Part shown: in pieces, positions 25,487 through 38,075 of the stretch
How the letters are laid out: every line of letters starts with the position of its first letter
Numbering within the stretch: position 1 is the first letter of the stretch
From: Octopus sinensis
Taxonomy: Eukaryota
DNA: 64,000 bases
NCBI RefSeq assembly: GCF_006345805.1
Contig: NC_043005.1
Span: 8,246,001 to 8,310,000 of the forward strand
Direction of reading: 5' to 3'
Notes under the pieces: generated by a model
The model's database searches: none
Told to the model about the DNA's origin: nothing
The model's input: only the letters and a program-made list of their open reading frames with translations
Made by a program: the position numbers and the translations under genes

Positions 25487-25890
25487 GTGGAGGGAATTGT
25501 GCCAAATTTTGGCATTGTAAGCTACACCAATGCCAGAACGGGACGACACGGCATAGTGGCAAAGATCCCAGCAATGTCATCACGCTTCAGGACTAGCTAC
25601 TGCAACAGCCTGGGTTTCAAGGGCCCACAGCTTTTTAATATTCTCCCAAAGAGTCTGAATAATTTGCACAAAGTAGATGTAGCGGTTTTTAAATCAAAGC
25701 TGGACACCTTCCTGTCAAGAGTCCCAGATGAACCTACCTCACGGCAAGAGGTGCAAATGAGAGTAGCTGTATCAAACTCCATTCTTCACGAAGTGCCACA
25801 TATTAGACGAGGTTCGTCGTAATAACAGTGTAGCAAAAAACGGCGGTGCATCAGCATGGCCGCAGCTCTGAGCTGTAACTAGAAAAAAAT
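25487..25890 (+). mobile_element. CR1-clade LINE 3' fragment
   Basis: EGIVPNFGI..NSLGFKGPQLFNILPKSLNN..FKSKLDTFLSRVPDEP..SNSILHEV*, then 3' end GGCGGTGCATCAGCATGGCCGCAGCTCTGAGCTGTAACTAGA. Confidence 0.85.
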
Positions 25891-26159
25891 ACATACATAT
25901 ATATCGATATATGCACACTTACATCCATACACATGCGTTTGCATTCCTACATACACATCCTTATATGCATATATATATACAAATATATATGTATATATAT
26001 ACGCACTCATTAGACATTTATACACACCTAAATGTATATATATATATACTTACTTACATACATAAATATATATACATACATTTACAAATACATACATATG
26101 CACGTACACATATGCATACATATATACACACATACATATTCCTACTCACACACACACAA

Positions 26160-26199
<40 letters not shown>

Positions 26200-26426
26200 G
26201 TATATATACAACCCCCATATGTATATATATACACCCCTGCATACATATATATACCAACACTCATACATATATGATTATTCATATACATACATGTACGTAG
26301 GTATATTTACACAAATATATAGATATACCCATACGCATATATATGTATATTTTATACATACATACCCATACACACACACACATATATATATACACATGTA
26401 TATGCATACATATGTACACACACACG

Positions 26427-26463
<37 letters not shown>

Positions 26464-26553
26464 TCACATACATATACATTTAAAAAAAATATACAAAAAC
26501 ACACACGCACTTGCAAATTATACATATACATATATAGACATTGAAATATTATG

Positions 26554-26609
<56 letters not shown>

Positions 26610-26615
26610 ATATAT

Positions 26616-26666
<51 letters not shown>

Positions 26667-27707
26667 GACGATCTTTTTTCAATTTCCATCTACCAAATCA
26701 CACATAAGGCCTTATTTAAGTCTTGGATCTATATTATTTCTGGTTTCACGCGATTTGATTATCTCTCTGTAAGAGAATTGCATTTGATATATTCAGTTTA
26801 TATTAAATAATAGATTCATACAGATGCATGATATGAAAGAAAAAAAGAAAACGGGAGAATAAAGAAAATACTAACCTAATATTCCTAATAAACGAGACTG
26901 CTACACTGCTAACCTAATATATCTAATGTTTGAAGAAGATGACAGTCAATACGTATCCGTATAACTCAAAATCCTACCCCTGATGTCAATAGTAAAAAGA
27001 TTACTACTCAATGTACAATAAGGTGCCATAACCTAATGTGATATTTTTACATATTTTGTGAGATAAAATAGTTTGTATTAAAATGCAAAAAAGAGTTTTA
27101 AAAATCTTACAAGTTAATTTGTATTTTCCCAGGAAGCACAAATCCAGTGTAGGTAAAACCAAATAGAATCTGATGACAGTCAGAAAAGTAACACTTTTAA
27201 TGGTTCTCTCCTCCATATTTGAGGGGAACGGAATGTGATGACGATGAATAAAATGATACTAAGGCAACACAAGTGTATATAATGGCATTAGACACGGTGG
27301 ATACGGGAAAATGGTCGCAATGGATTTGACAAACGATGTATTTTCTATGCCAATAGGTATCATTCTACGAACCACTTAAGGCTTCCTTCACTGCTTTAGC
27401 AGCCGAAGGTGCATGTTTTGTTGTAGATAAAATTAAACATTGCATTGAATATGATAATATTAACTTAATTAATAAGAATAATCATGACAGTTATTATTCG
27501 CTTATATAAACAGTGGAAAATTATCACAGTTTTACAAATGAGGTAAGTATGTTTTTTTGCAAATCAGCTTCATATTTATTGTGGATTTCTGAAAGCTGTT
27601 TTCAGGAAACCATGTTTAAAATTTCGTATTTTTGTTACATCGCATTCCACATACACATAGATGTAGTTGTGCAGATCATTGAAAATATACTGTTTCTTTT
27701 AAATAAT

Positions 27708-28096
27708 GGGATGGAAGCACTCCGTCGGTTACGACGACGAGGGTTCCGGTTGATCCGAATCAACGGAACAGCCTGCTCGTGAAATTAACGTGTAAGTGGC
27801 TGAGCACTCCACAGAAACGTGTACCCTTAACGTAGTTCTCGGGGATATTCAGCATGACACAGAGAGTGACAAGGCCAGCCCTTTGAAATACAGGTACAAC
27901 AGAAACAGGAAGTAAGGGTGAGAGAAAGTTGTGGTGAAAGAGTACAGCAGGGATCACCACCATCCCCTGCTGGAGCCTGGTGGAGCTTTAGGTGTTTTCG
28001 CTCAATAAACACTCACAAAGCCCGGTCTGGGAATCGAAACCGCGGTCCTATGACCGCGAGTCCGCTGCCCTAACCACTGGGCCATTGCGCCTCCAC
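27708..28096 (-). mobile_element. tRNA-derived SINE (OR-like head), tail type 1
   Basis: Head GGAGGCGCAATGGCCCAGTGGTTAGGGCAGCGGACTCGCGGTCATAGGACCGCGGTTTCGATTCCC; shares head and body with 62491-62798. OR1/OR2 naming is from recall. Confidence 0.85.
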
Positions 28097-28184
28097 TGAT
28101 ATTAAGAAGTAACTAACACAAACTGTATATCAATGTAGAAACAACAACGACAACAGCAACAGCATCAACAACTATAATATTCCA

Positions 28185-28635
28185 TCCTACCACAGGCAAA
28201 AGCCTGAATTTTTCGGGGAGGGGCATAGTCGATTACATCGATCTCAGTGTCCAACTGTTACTTATTTTATCGAGATCGGAAGATGAAAGGCGAAGTCGAC
28301 CTCGACGGAATATGAACTCTGAATGTGATGACGGACGAAATGCCGTTAAGCATTTCTCCCGGCGTGCTGACGATTCTTCCAGCCCGAAGCCTTAATAATA
28401 ACAATAATAATAATAATAATACTTTCTACTATAGGCACACGGCCTGAAATTTAGTGGGTGGGAGTCAGTCGATTAGATCGCCCCCAGTATTCAACTGGTA
28501 CTTAATTTATCAACCCCGAAAGGATGAAAGGCAAAGTCGACCTCATCGGAATTTGAACGCAGAACGTAGCGGCACCTGAAATACCGCTAAGCATTTCGCC
28601 TGGCGTGCTAACGTTTCTGCCAGCTCGCCGCCTTA

Positions 28636-28681
<46 letters not shown>

Positions 28682-29217
28682 TTATAAGATGTACATTGCT
28701 TTGTCTTCATATAAAAGATGGACTACAGCAAATATTCTACTCAATACTATAGATTTGCTTGTCAGTTGCTTGACTTTAACCAATTGAGCATCTCCATTTA
28801 GTAGTGGGGGAACATCAAACCCATGTATTGAGAGGAATTCTTTGGTATTTGAATAATTCACCTGAAAACAGGTGTTTTGTTCATCATCCTTAAATCAAAC
28901 CTTATTCAGGAACCTTTTGAGCAGGATCGGCTACACGATATGAAGCAAGTTCTAACTGGGCCCCATCAACAAGGTCATGTGCTGTTAATCTTGATATGAG
29001 ATCACCATTTGGCGCACATGTGCAGGTGACACATGTGTCTGGTGTACCCTGCTCTCTCACTCAATAATAATTTCGAATTTTGGCACAACGCCAGCAAGTT
29101 TGGGAAGAGGGATTAAATAAGTTACATCGAACCCAATACATTACTGGTACTTACATTACCGACTCCCGAAAGAGTGAAAAGCTACTACTGCTGCTACTGC
29201 TGCTACTGCTGCTGCTG

Positions 29218-29266
<49 letters not shown>

Positions 29267-29650
29267 TGTAGGCACAAGGCCAGTAAGTTCGGGAAAAGGG
29301 GTAAATCGATTACATTGACCCCAACTCGGAAAGGATGAAATGCGAATTCGATCTCACCAGAATTTGAGCTCAGTACATAAAGACAGTCGAAGTGCCGCTA
29401 AGAATTTTACCCGTCTGCTTACTATTCTGCCAGCTCGGCGCCTTAAAAGAAATAATACTAATAGCTTCTAATTTAGGCTCAAGCCTAAATTAGGGAGGGT
29501 AGTCAGTCTGTTATATTGATCTCAGGCCTGGAATGTTACATTCTTTTATTGACCCCAAAAGGTTGAAAGGTAAAGTTACCACCAGCACCATTTGAACTCA
29601 CAGCGTAAAGAGCCGAAGTACGTACAGAAGTACCGTAAAGGATTTTATCT
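28185..29650 (-). mobile_element. Cluster of about 5 co-oriented SINE family C copies
   Basis: Copies at about 28185-28392, 28423-28633, 29070-29180, 29262-29443 and 29468-29650 (rc head GGCGGCGAGCTGGCAGAAACGTTAGCACGCC), separated by (AAT)n/(ACT)n. Confidence 0.85.
28690..29065 (-). repeat. Unclassified dispersed repeat fragment
   Basis: Single copy in this window; recognised only from recall of octopus repeats. Confidence 0.35.
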
Positions 29651-30751
29651 GACGTTTTAACAGTTGTTCTAATTTTGAAACGGTTATTCGAGACACATCT
29701 ATGAGAAATAGTACAGAATGTTATCATTGAAAAAAATCTCATATAACACCCAACCACCCACACATACGTTTTGTATGTATGTATACACAAACACACACAT
29801 ATATAACAGGATATCAAATTTCGTTTTAAACGCTACTTCAGCAGTATATTCTACATGATTAGCTGCCCTACATTCTCTGCATTGCTAACTGATTTTGTCA
29901 AAAATGTTAGTATTTTATTTATACTAAACTCCTTTAGCTTTACTTGTGCTTTACTTTTCAAAGATTTTCCCAGCAATTTCCAGCAGCAGAGGTTTCGCTG
30001 AAAAATCAAAAGGCAACGTGACATGACTATCACGTTCAGATTTGTTCCAACTGAACATTTTGTGTTGTACCATCTATGTATATAATACACTACTGGAATA
30101 TGTTAGAATTTGGAATATGTTAGAATTACAAATTAATAAGCGTTATGTTTAGGATTTACTAAAAATGTTTATGGTGATTTATCGTCATTTTTTTTGCTGT
30201 CATTTAAAAATTTGCTTGTTTAATTTATCAGATTAAGAATTGTTTGAAATATTTCAATTTTTCCAGACTACGATTCCGAGGAAATAGATTTACGCTACAT
30301 TAATTAGCTGTTAAATCCATTAGAATTTATTTTCCTTCAAATTTTATTTATTTATACATTCAGATACAAATTTTAATGTTTCATGTAAATTTGCTTATTC
30401 AGTTATATTTATAGTCTTTTTTCTCATTGCAATCACATGAATTCCTGCTTCAGTTACTTATTTCAAATAAAATTTTTCCATTATTTGCTCGTATGTAATG
30501 TAATCGTGTATCGTTTATTTTGACCAAACCTCTCTATCTTCAAACTAATTAATAATTGTAATGATTGATTTCGAAATTAACAAGACTGTCAACAACCGTA
30601 TGAATTTCTAATGTAGATACAAGTCTACAAATTCTAAGGATATACTACACTCTATTTAACCGTCTCCCTTACTTAGCTGGTACTTATTTTAATGACGTGA
30701 AAAGAGAGCAAAAGTAGGCGAGGAATTGACTAAACGTTATATGTTGGTACA

Positions 30752-30795
30752 GGTGCATCAGCATGGCCGCAGCTCTGAGCTGAAACTAGAAAGAA
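30752..30795 (+). mobile_element. Isolated CR1 3' terminus
   Basis: GGTGCATCAGCATGGCCGCAGCTCTGAGCTGAAACTAGA is nearly identical to 25845-25883. Confidence 0.8.
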
Positions 30796-30949
30796 AATAG
30801 GTAAATAACGAAACACATTATTGTCTGGCATTCTGCAGTTTGTTGATTTACTAAGAGTTTCATGAATACAAATGGGAACTTTAAGACAGATGGAATCTTG
30901 AATTGGTTTAAGGCGGCCAATTAACTGAGTCGCTAGAGCGTCTAAATTG

Positions 30950-33130
30950 TTTTGCGATAATCGTTTCGGTTCACATCACTTTGAGTTAAAAAACCTACCG
31001 AAACGAACTTTGCCCCATTCATCCACTTTTCAACGAAATTCCTGGAAGGCAGCCCTTACCTCCTCAATCCCTATTTTCATTATTAATTTGATGAGGACGC
31101 TCACTATCTCTTTGGCCATGGTCATCAGACACATAAAAACTACTTGCCTTCTCAAGCCAAAGGATGTTGGCAAGATTATCTTCACAAGGGACTCATTTGA
31201 TTGACAAATACGTTCTACTTGTGACAGTAGCTGGCCGACTTAACTCCTCGAATCATCAATGCATCAATGCTCAGGTAATGGACGAGTGTGCGCAGAATGG
31301 TTTCGTTATTTTGAGCGCATCACAGCCGGGCCTAAATAATGGCACTTCTATGCTTCTAGAGTTTACATCGAAGCATCAATGCTTCCCAGTAGTACTGCTT
31401 GACCAGGATGCCATGAAAATTATGTGCTCTCGACTGACTGTCTTTTAGGACAGATTAGTCATTTGATTTCGGTGTCTCCCAGATTTTCCCGGCACTATTC
31501 TTCTATAGAAGACCAATGTTGATTTCTGACGTTTGCATTGCCCCATTGTGGAGACCTGTAAGCGTTTGAGATTCAAGATTAAATGCACCCTGTTGCAGTT
31601 TCCGAATGTTTCAGGATTGTAGCACTGACAAATTGTCGAGCAGGGAAAAGGCGTCTGATAATCACAATATGTCATGCCCAGGAAAGTAGCAACTATTTAA
31701 AGCAGATGGACCATCTAAATAGAGGAACATATATCTACCATATAAAGGGAAAAAACAGACACTCAAGTCTGAGAGAGGTAAATCGGGACAAGACATGAGG
31801 TTCAAGCAGCAATAGATGACGAAGCCACTGTAGGACTTCATCACCTCTGAGCGATCTTTGAATGATAACTTCGTTTCAACCCTTTCATGCATGACAATGG
31901 CCACACTATTTATTGGTTCATATCATCCACTGCTCTTCTAAACGTTTGCACCAAAAGAAGCCCCAAACCGCCCATCTATGCACCGCTCCTCCACGCTGTT
32001 GTGCAACATGGAATTGCTTCTCCAGATACTTCACTGCAGGTCAAATGACTTAGTTGATTGACTTTAGCTTCTATGATCGTCCCGTGCTGTGATAGTGTGG
32101 TGCCTGTTACATCATATGTGCTTGTTGCCTGACACTATTACGATCATGCCGTCCGCATATGCCGACTCGGAACTTCGATATGCTAGTTCACGCGTGCTGC
32201 GCCTCAGTCTCTAATTTCTGCATTAGTGACTCAAGAGCCAGTGCATACACAGAAGACAGCATTGGTGAGCTGAGCGCATAATAATGGGAGTTTTTGGATA
32301 GGTACTCGTTTAATTTGACTATCCAGCAGACGACGCTGTACCTTCTGCTATAAGATGTGTCACATGAGGCTGTCAAAGATACATTTGTTCGAGATAGAGC
32401 ATTTCTAAGTATTACTGACCATATCATCCATGACAAGACGCCAATGTCTTTGCAGACACCATGGACTAATTTCTGAATTCAGCGTTTTGCAGTGTTCTGG
32501 ACTGTAAACCTTGTTCAGGTGTTCCTTAGTAATCCCTCCACACTCCGACTTACAGGAATGGGAATACTCCAGTGTTGTTACTTGTTTCTGCACGCATCAT
32601 CTACCAACATTTCGCTGAACAAATGTGACCGATAAACATACAACTCGAAGAAAATACCTTCAATCCAGGAGATTTCACTTTGTGCCGCTTCCCATGGATT
32701 TTAGTGGCCGTTATCGGCATTTTGAAACACTCTGCCTCCGCTGCCAATAGTCGTGGTAGAACATCAAAATAGCCCATCCTCCGATTCAATGCACCATTAT
32801 TCTTCAACTGCCAAATGACTTGCCACTGCGAAGACGCACACATCTACTTGAACTCTAGAAGCACGTGATCATAATAATCTGTCAAATACCAAATTGCGAT
32901 CTGATCCCTTCAAGTGACTCATTTCTTCCTATCTTAGAGAACACGTTGAAGAATTGGTCCTGGTCCAATCTTTCCGCAAACACATCGCTGTATTGCCTTT
33001 TCTGAGCGCTCTTTCGTTGTTTCCTACTTTGATTCTCTCTACTCTTGTTTTCTGTTATTACTTCACTACTAAACCTTATCGATTTTACTCTAGTCTCCTT
33101 TTCAAAGCAATAATAATAGCTTTTATTCAG
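30950..33130 (-). pseudogene. Decayed L1/Tx1-type ORF2 (RT and C-terminus)
   Basis: SPGLKV, RLVMDDMVS, LSSVYALALESLMQKL, AYADGMIVIVS and MTMAKEI occur in the same order as in the element at 41941-45374. Confidence 0.75.
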
Positions 33131-33169
33131 GCATGAAACCGTCAAACTTGAAGAGATTTGGAGATAGAT

Positions 33170-33300
<131 letters not shown>

Positions 33301-34792
33301 ATTAGTTGATGCCATCAATTTTAGTACATGATGGTACTTGTGTGGCTGACTCCAGAGGAATGAAAAGCAAACTGCGCCTTGTCGGAATTTGATCCGTAAA
33401 GAGCAAATATTGCAAAATACATTCTCAGATCTTATATAACTTCGCTTGTCTATCGCCTCATTATTAATAATAAGGACAATAACAGCAGTAACAGTGAAAT
33501 ATTAAAACAATAATGGGTATTCAGTTTTCATAAAAATGGACTGAAAATGATCTACAACAGCACAAGTAGAACACTAATTATGTTGATGATGATGATGATG
33601 ATGATAGCGACGATGAGGATGACGGTGAAGAAGAAGATGATGATGATGATACTGATAATAAAACAAAATGAAAAACGAAAGTGAAGATGTAGTTGGATAG
33701 AATTTCTTTAAGATGAATTATTAAGAAGCTAAAGGCTTTTGAATATTAGATTACTCTTTAGAATTATCTGTAAAAGTCGATTCGTGATCCAAAACAAAAA
33801 TTGTCAATTGGCATTAGGGTTCTGTCATCGATCCAATCATTAGTTTTATATTCTACTCGGATCCAATAGAGTTTTGATGTCTTTGCAGAAAGAAATGTGA
33901 GCAGTATTGATCCATATAGGAAGAAAAAATTCCGCAGAAGAGTGCTGGCGGCGTAAACGTACACTCATACATACGTAATCATGCACACATTAATGGGAAC
34001 ATATCACACACACACACACACACACACTTACACATACGCACAAACGCATGCAAATGTATACATGCATACAAGGTTGTGTGTAAATATGCATATGCACACA
34101 TACACTTGTGTACATGTACACATGCTAACTTGCATCAATGTGTTCATACAAATAGGCATACACACATGCATACATGTTTATTGAATTTCTCCGGAATTCC
34201 ACGGTAAAAATCAACCATCATTGCAAAGTTTGTACAGATTTAAAGATTTCTTCCCTTTTCCTTAGAAAGTCATCGATTCAGGAATGCCAACTCAATTAGA
34301 CTATAAACGATGCAACTGCGAAGTAAATTCTATTAAATGGCATCTTTTACATTCTTGTTTCTTATTTAGCTTCTAGCTACGTTTTTGTTGGTATTTAAGC
34401 ATTTTTATTTATGTTTAAGCCTATATTTATTATTTTTCTTTTTGACTACGAAAGAGCAGAAATGGCAGAGCCTGTAATTTTTTTCAATTTCTCAGAGACT
34501 GCTGGGAGGAAGGCAAGAGGTTATCTCTTATCGGAGAGTCTACCCGAGTATTTTCAACAATGTTTACTCAAAAATCAGTCAAAAGATAGATAGTAGTATC
34601 TAATGAAACAACGGATTAAATCAATTATGAAAAACAACAAAAACAACATAATTGGTCCTACCACTAGTTTTTCACAAAATTTTTATTCAACAAATTTAAT
34701 TCTCAAACAATTGGTAGACCCACACGTATAGTCGGCGACAGTTTCTAACAGTTTTGTACAGTGGAAGCGAACCTGAAACCATGTGAGCTGGT

Positions 34793-34962
34793 TAGCAGTA
34801 TTTCATGTGCCGTTAGGTTTCTAGTTCGAATTCTGCCGGGGTCGACTTTGACTTTCATCGTTCCGAGGTCGATAAAATTAGTACCAGTTACTCACTAGGG
34901 TCGATGTAATCGACAAAATCCCTTCCCCCAAAATCTGAGGCCTTGTGCTTCGAGTAGAAAGC
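34793..34962 (+). mobile_element. SINE family C partial copy
   Basis: TTCGAATTCTGCCGGGGTCGACTTTGACTTTCATC...GGCCTTGTGCTTCGAGTAGAAAG; a second partial copy lies on the minus strand at 35143-35255. Confidence 0.8.
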
Positions 34963-35551
34963 ACTGACTCTGATGGAATGTGTTTGGTAGGCTAGAACTA
35001 TGTAGAGTCTAAAAAGTCAAATGAACTAAATTCCAAGGGATCTCATTCAGTGCCTTACCATTTCACTACTCCTTGAATTAATCAGCCACAATTACGACCT
35101 GCGTCTCGGCCTGATAGTTTCGTAGATACTAATAATAACACGTTCTACTATAGGTACAAGGCCTGCAATTTTGACGAAGGGGACTAGTCGGTTATATCGA
35201 CCCTAGTGTTTAACTGGTACTTAATTTATCGATCCCGAAGGAAGATAGGTAAACTTGAAATTTTTACAATTTAAAAATGTTTGTTTGTCATTAACAAAAA
35301 TGCAAAATTAAGAATATGAATGAAGTAAAAAAGATATAAATATATATATACATATATTATATATATATATAGTCGCGGTCTTAAAGCGACGAAAATATTT
35401 TGACATATCAAACTTAAATGTTGAAGTTGAAGTGAATCGAACGGCTTTTGTGTGTTTGCTAAATGGCTTACAAACACCCTCCACGCTGCAATTGTTTTCG
35501 TTTCAGCACACGATCTCAGATCAAATCATTTGCTATGCAAGTACATCTCCG

Positions 35552-35602
<51 letters not shown>

Positions 35603-35829
35603 ATATACAAAAAGTACGCTTGGTGGGGTGCTGGTTTAGTCGCCGATAACCCGACCATGCAACAGTCTGTACTGGGTTACAAGTTACCAGTAGCGCTCAA
35701 GAGCGACCTGACAGTCCTGATGCAGAGATATACTATCGAATAGGGAGGGAAGTGTTGCATTTGGAAAACTCCAAAAGCAAGTAAGGGCGGATAGAGATAT
35801 TTCCCTGCAGAAAACAATATCAGTGTCTA

Positions 35830-36000
35830 TGAAGCTTTTTTTATTCAAGTGAGACGTGGGCCACTTACAAGCGTCAAATAAAAATGCTGGAGAGATTTCA
35901 GCAAAAGTGCCCCATGAAAAACTAGTAAGACAATATCTAGACTTAAAAGGTATACGTTAGTTCATAAAAAACATTCCTTCAGAATCAGATTCCAACGGGC
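35830..36000 (+). pseudogene. RTE-clade ORF fragment
   Basis: YSSETWATYKRQIKMLERFQQKC matches the RTE motif YGSETW..Y.R...LE.F.Q.CL. Confidence 0.6.
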
Positions 36001-36496
36001 AAAAATATAGAAGAAACTTCAGTAATATGTCACTTGTGTTTTAACCACTGTCAATCAACAGCTGGTCTTAAAAGTCATCAACGGAGTGATTGTGCTGTGC
36101 GATGGAGTGTGGTGTGTATGTTGATAGGATGACTATCATGTGTCAAGATGAAGCAATATGTATGATGTATGTATGCATCTAGGTATGTGCATGTTTGTGT
36201 GTGCGAGTGCATTGAAAGAGTTAAGGGGTTTACAACGAATAAATTTATGTTAAAAACTGAAAGGAAGAAAATACTTTGAAAAAATTGTCACGGGCGAAGG
36301 AAAAATATTTAGATTTTTAACAAAATATGCTACTGGTTTCAATTGGCTTACTTATCCTGTAAGATAAAATAAATTGAAATAAATACGATTATTCCCTGTT
36401 CTGGGAAGTCAACGTTTCTCTTAAAAATTTCACTGTCTCTGATGGCTGTTGGGTAGTAGTAGTAGTTGTTGTTGTGGTGGTAGTAGTTTAAAAATG

Positions 36497-36899
36497 GGTG
36501 GCAGTGTGGTAAGTAGCTTGCTTACCAACCACACAGCTCCGGGTTCAGTCCCACTGCGTGGCACCTTGGGCAAGTGTCTTCTACTATAGCCTCGGGCCGA
36601 CCAAAGCCTTGTGAGTGGATTTGGTAGACGGAAACTTAAAGAAGCCCGTCGTATATATGTATATGTATATATATGTGTGTGTGTGTGTGTGTTTGTCTCC
36701 CCGACATCGCTTGACAACCGATGCTGGTGTGTTTACGTCCCCGTAACTTAGTGGTTCGGCAAAAGAGACCGATAGGATAAGTACTTGGCTTACAAAGAAT
36801 AAGTCCTGGGGTAGATTTGCTCGACTAAAAAGGCCGTGCTCCAGCATAGCCGCAGTCAAATGACTGAAACAAGTAAAAGAGAAAGAGAAAAGAGAGAGT
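36497..36899 (+). mobile_element. SINE family A, full length
   Basis: Head, internal (TA)(TG) tract, body and tail all present. Confidence 0.9.
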
Positions 36900-37084
36900 T
36901 GTTCTTTGTTCATGCTGGGTATGTTGTTATTAAGGAGAGTCTATTAGAAGTTAGACAAGCGATGGATTCTCGCGTCGATCGTATGGATGTTCGACTTTTG
37001 CCGAACGACTTGCAAAAATGATTTGTTTATAATGATCAAATGTATGTGCCGTACATCGTCTTACTCCCTCCATCAAATCGGCGT

Positions 37085-37222
37085 TGTCTGAACAGGTGAT
37101 CGCAGAGCAACGCGAGATGAAGTGCTTTGTTCAAGAACTCAACACACCACCCGGTCTAGGATTCGAAACCACGATCTTGCGATCATGAGTGCAACACCCT
37201 AATCGTTGGGCCATGCGTCCTC
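37085..37222 (-). mobile_element. SINE family B, 5' fragment
   Basis: Similar to 4100-4230. Confidence 0.7.
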
Positions 37223-37464
37223 ACAGTAGCAGCAGGGATGGTGCTACTACTATTTTGGACACTGAGATATGCACAGTACAAGTGTAAAAAGGTACACGGG
37301 TATTTACATCGAATAAATAGAAGGCAAAATCAACAAATTCAAAAATAATAGATTCACAACAAAAAAATACCACCATTGAGAGGGGGTGGAATGACTGGAG
37401 TAATTTGGAGAACACCCGGATTAAGCTGTCTCTGTTCGCTTAGTTTTCTGTTGCTGTTTGCAAT

Positions 37465-37866
37465 AGGCATAAGAGTGGCTGTGTGGTAAGTAGCTTGCTT
37501 ACCAACCACATGGTTCCGGGTTCAGTCCCACTACGTGGCATCTTGGGCAAGTGTTTTCTACTATAGCCTCGGACCGACCAAAGCCGTGTGAGTGGATTTG
37601 ATAGATGGAAACTGAAAGAAGCCCGTCGTATATATGTATATATATATATATGTGTGTGTGTGTTTGTGTTTGTCCTCTCAACATCGCTTGACAATCGATG
37701 ATGGTGTGGATACATCCCCGTAACTTAGCGGTTCGGCAAAAGAGAACGATAGAATGAGTACTAGGCTTACAAAGAATAAGTCCCGGGTCGATTTGCTCGA
37801 CTAAAGGCGGTGTTCCAGCATGGCCACAGTCACATGACTGAAACAAGTAAAGAGTGAGTAAAAGAG
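37465..37866 (+). mobile_element. SINE family A, full length
   Basis: Same architecture; tail hairpin CAGTCA-CA-TGACTG. Confidence 0.9.
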
Positions 37867-37896
37867 TTTCATTCGCTTTATTGTTCAGTAAACATA

Positions 37897-38075
37897 TGTA
37901 AAAGAAAAGGAAATACGCATAATTCAGCCAAACGAGTGACATCCGAGTCTGAATGGTTCTGGTAAAGAAATAGAGATGTTTGCATCAGACATTATTCTTT
38001 TGTTGTTGGATTTTTGGTAAATTTAAATTTATAGCAGCATCGCATTACGCAAAAACAAAATTATAATGAAACTTT
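37897..38075 (+). promoter_or_regulatory. Candidate TATA-like/Inr/first exon/donor module, copy 1
   Basis: TGTAAAAG at 37897, TCA(+1) at 37926, donor TTTTTG|GTAAAT at 38017; paralogous to 40119-40295. Confidence 0.35.

Noticed and set aside
27169-27200. CTGATGA..GAAA motif
   Set aside because: No stem II pairing and no stem I.
35470-35525. Minus-strand CTGAGA..AAACAATTGCA resembling the 48.4 kb ribozyme
   Set aside because: The core is one base short and U16.1 is replaced by C; at most a remnant.
36341-36365. 5-nt micro-exon-like TTACAG|GATAA|GTAAGC on the minus strand
   Set aside because: No partner exons; expected by chance.
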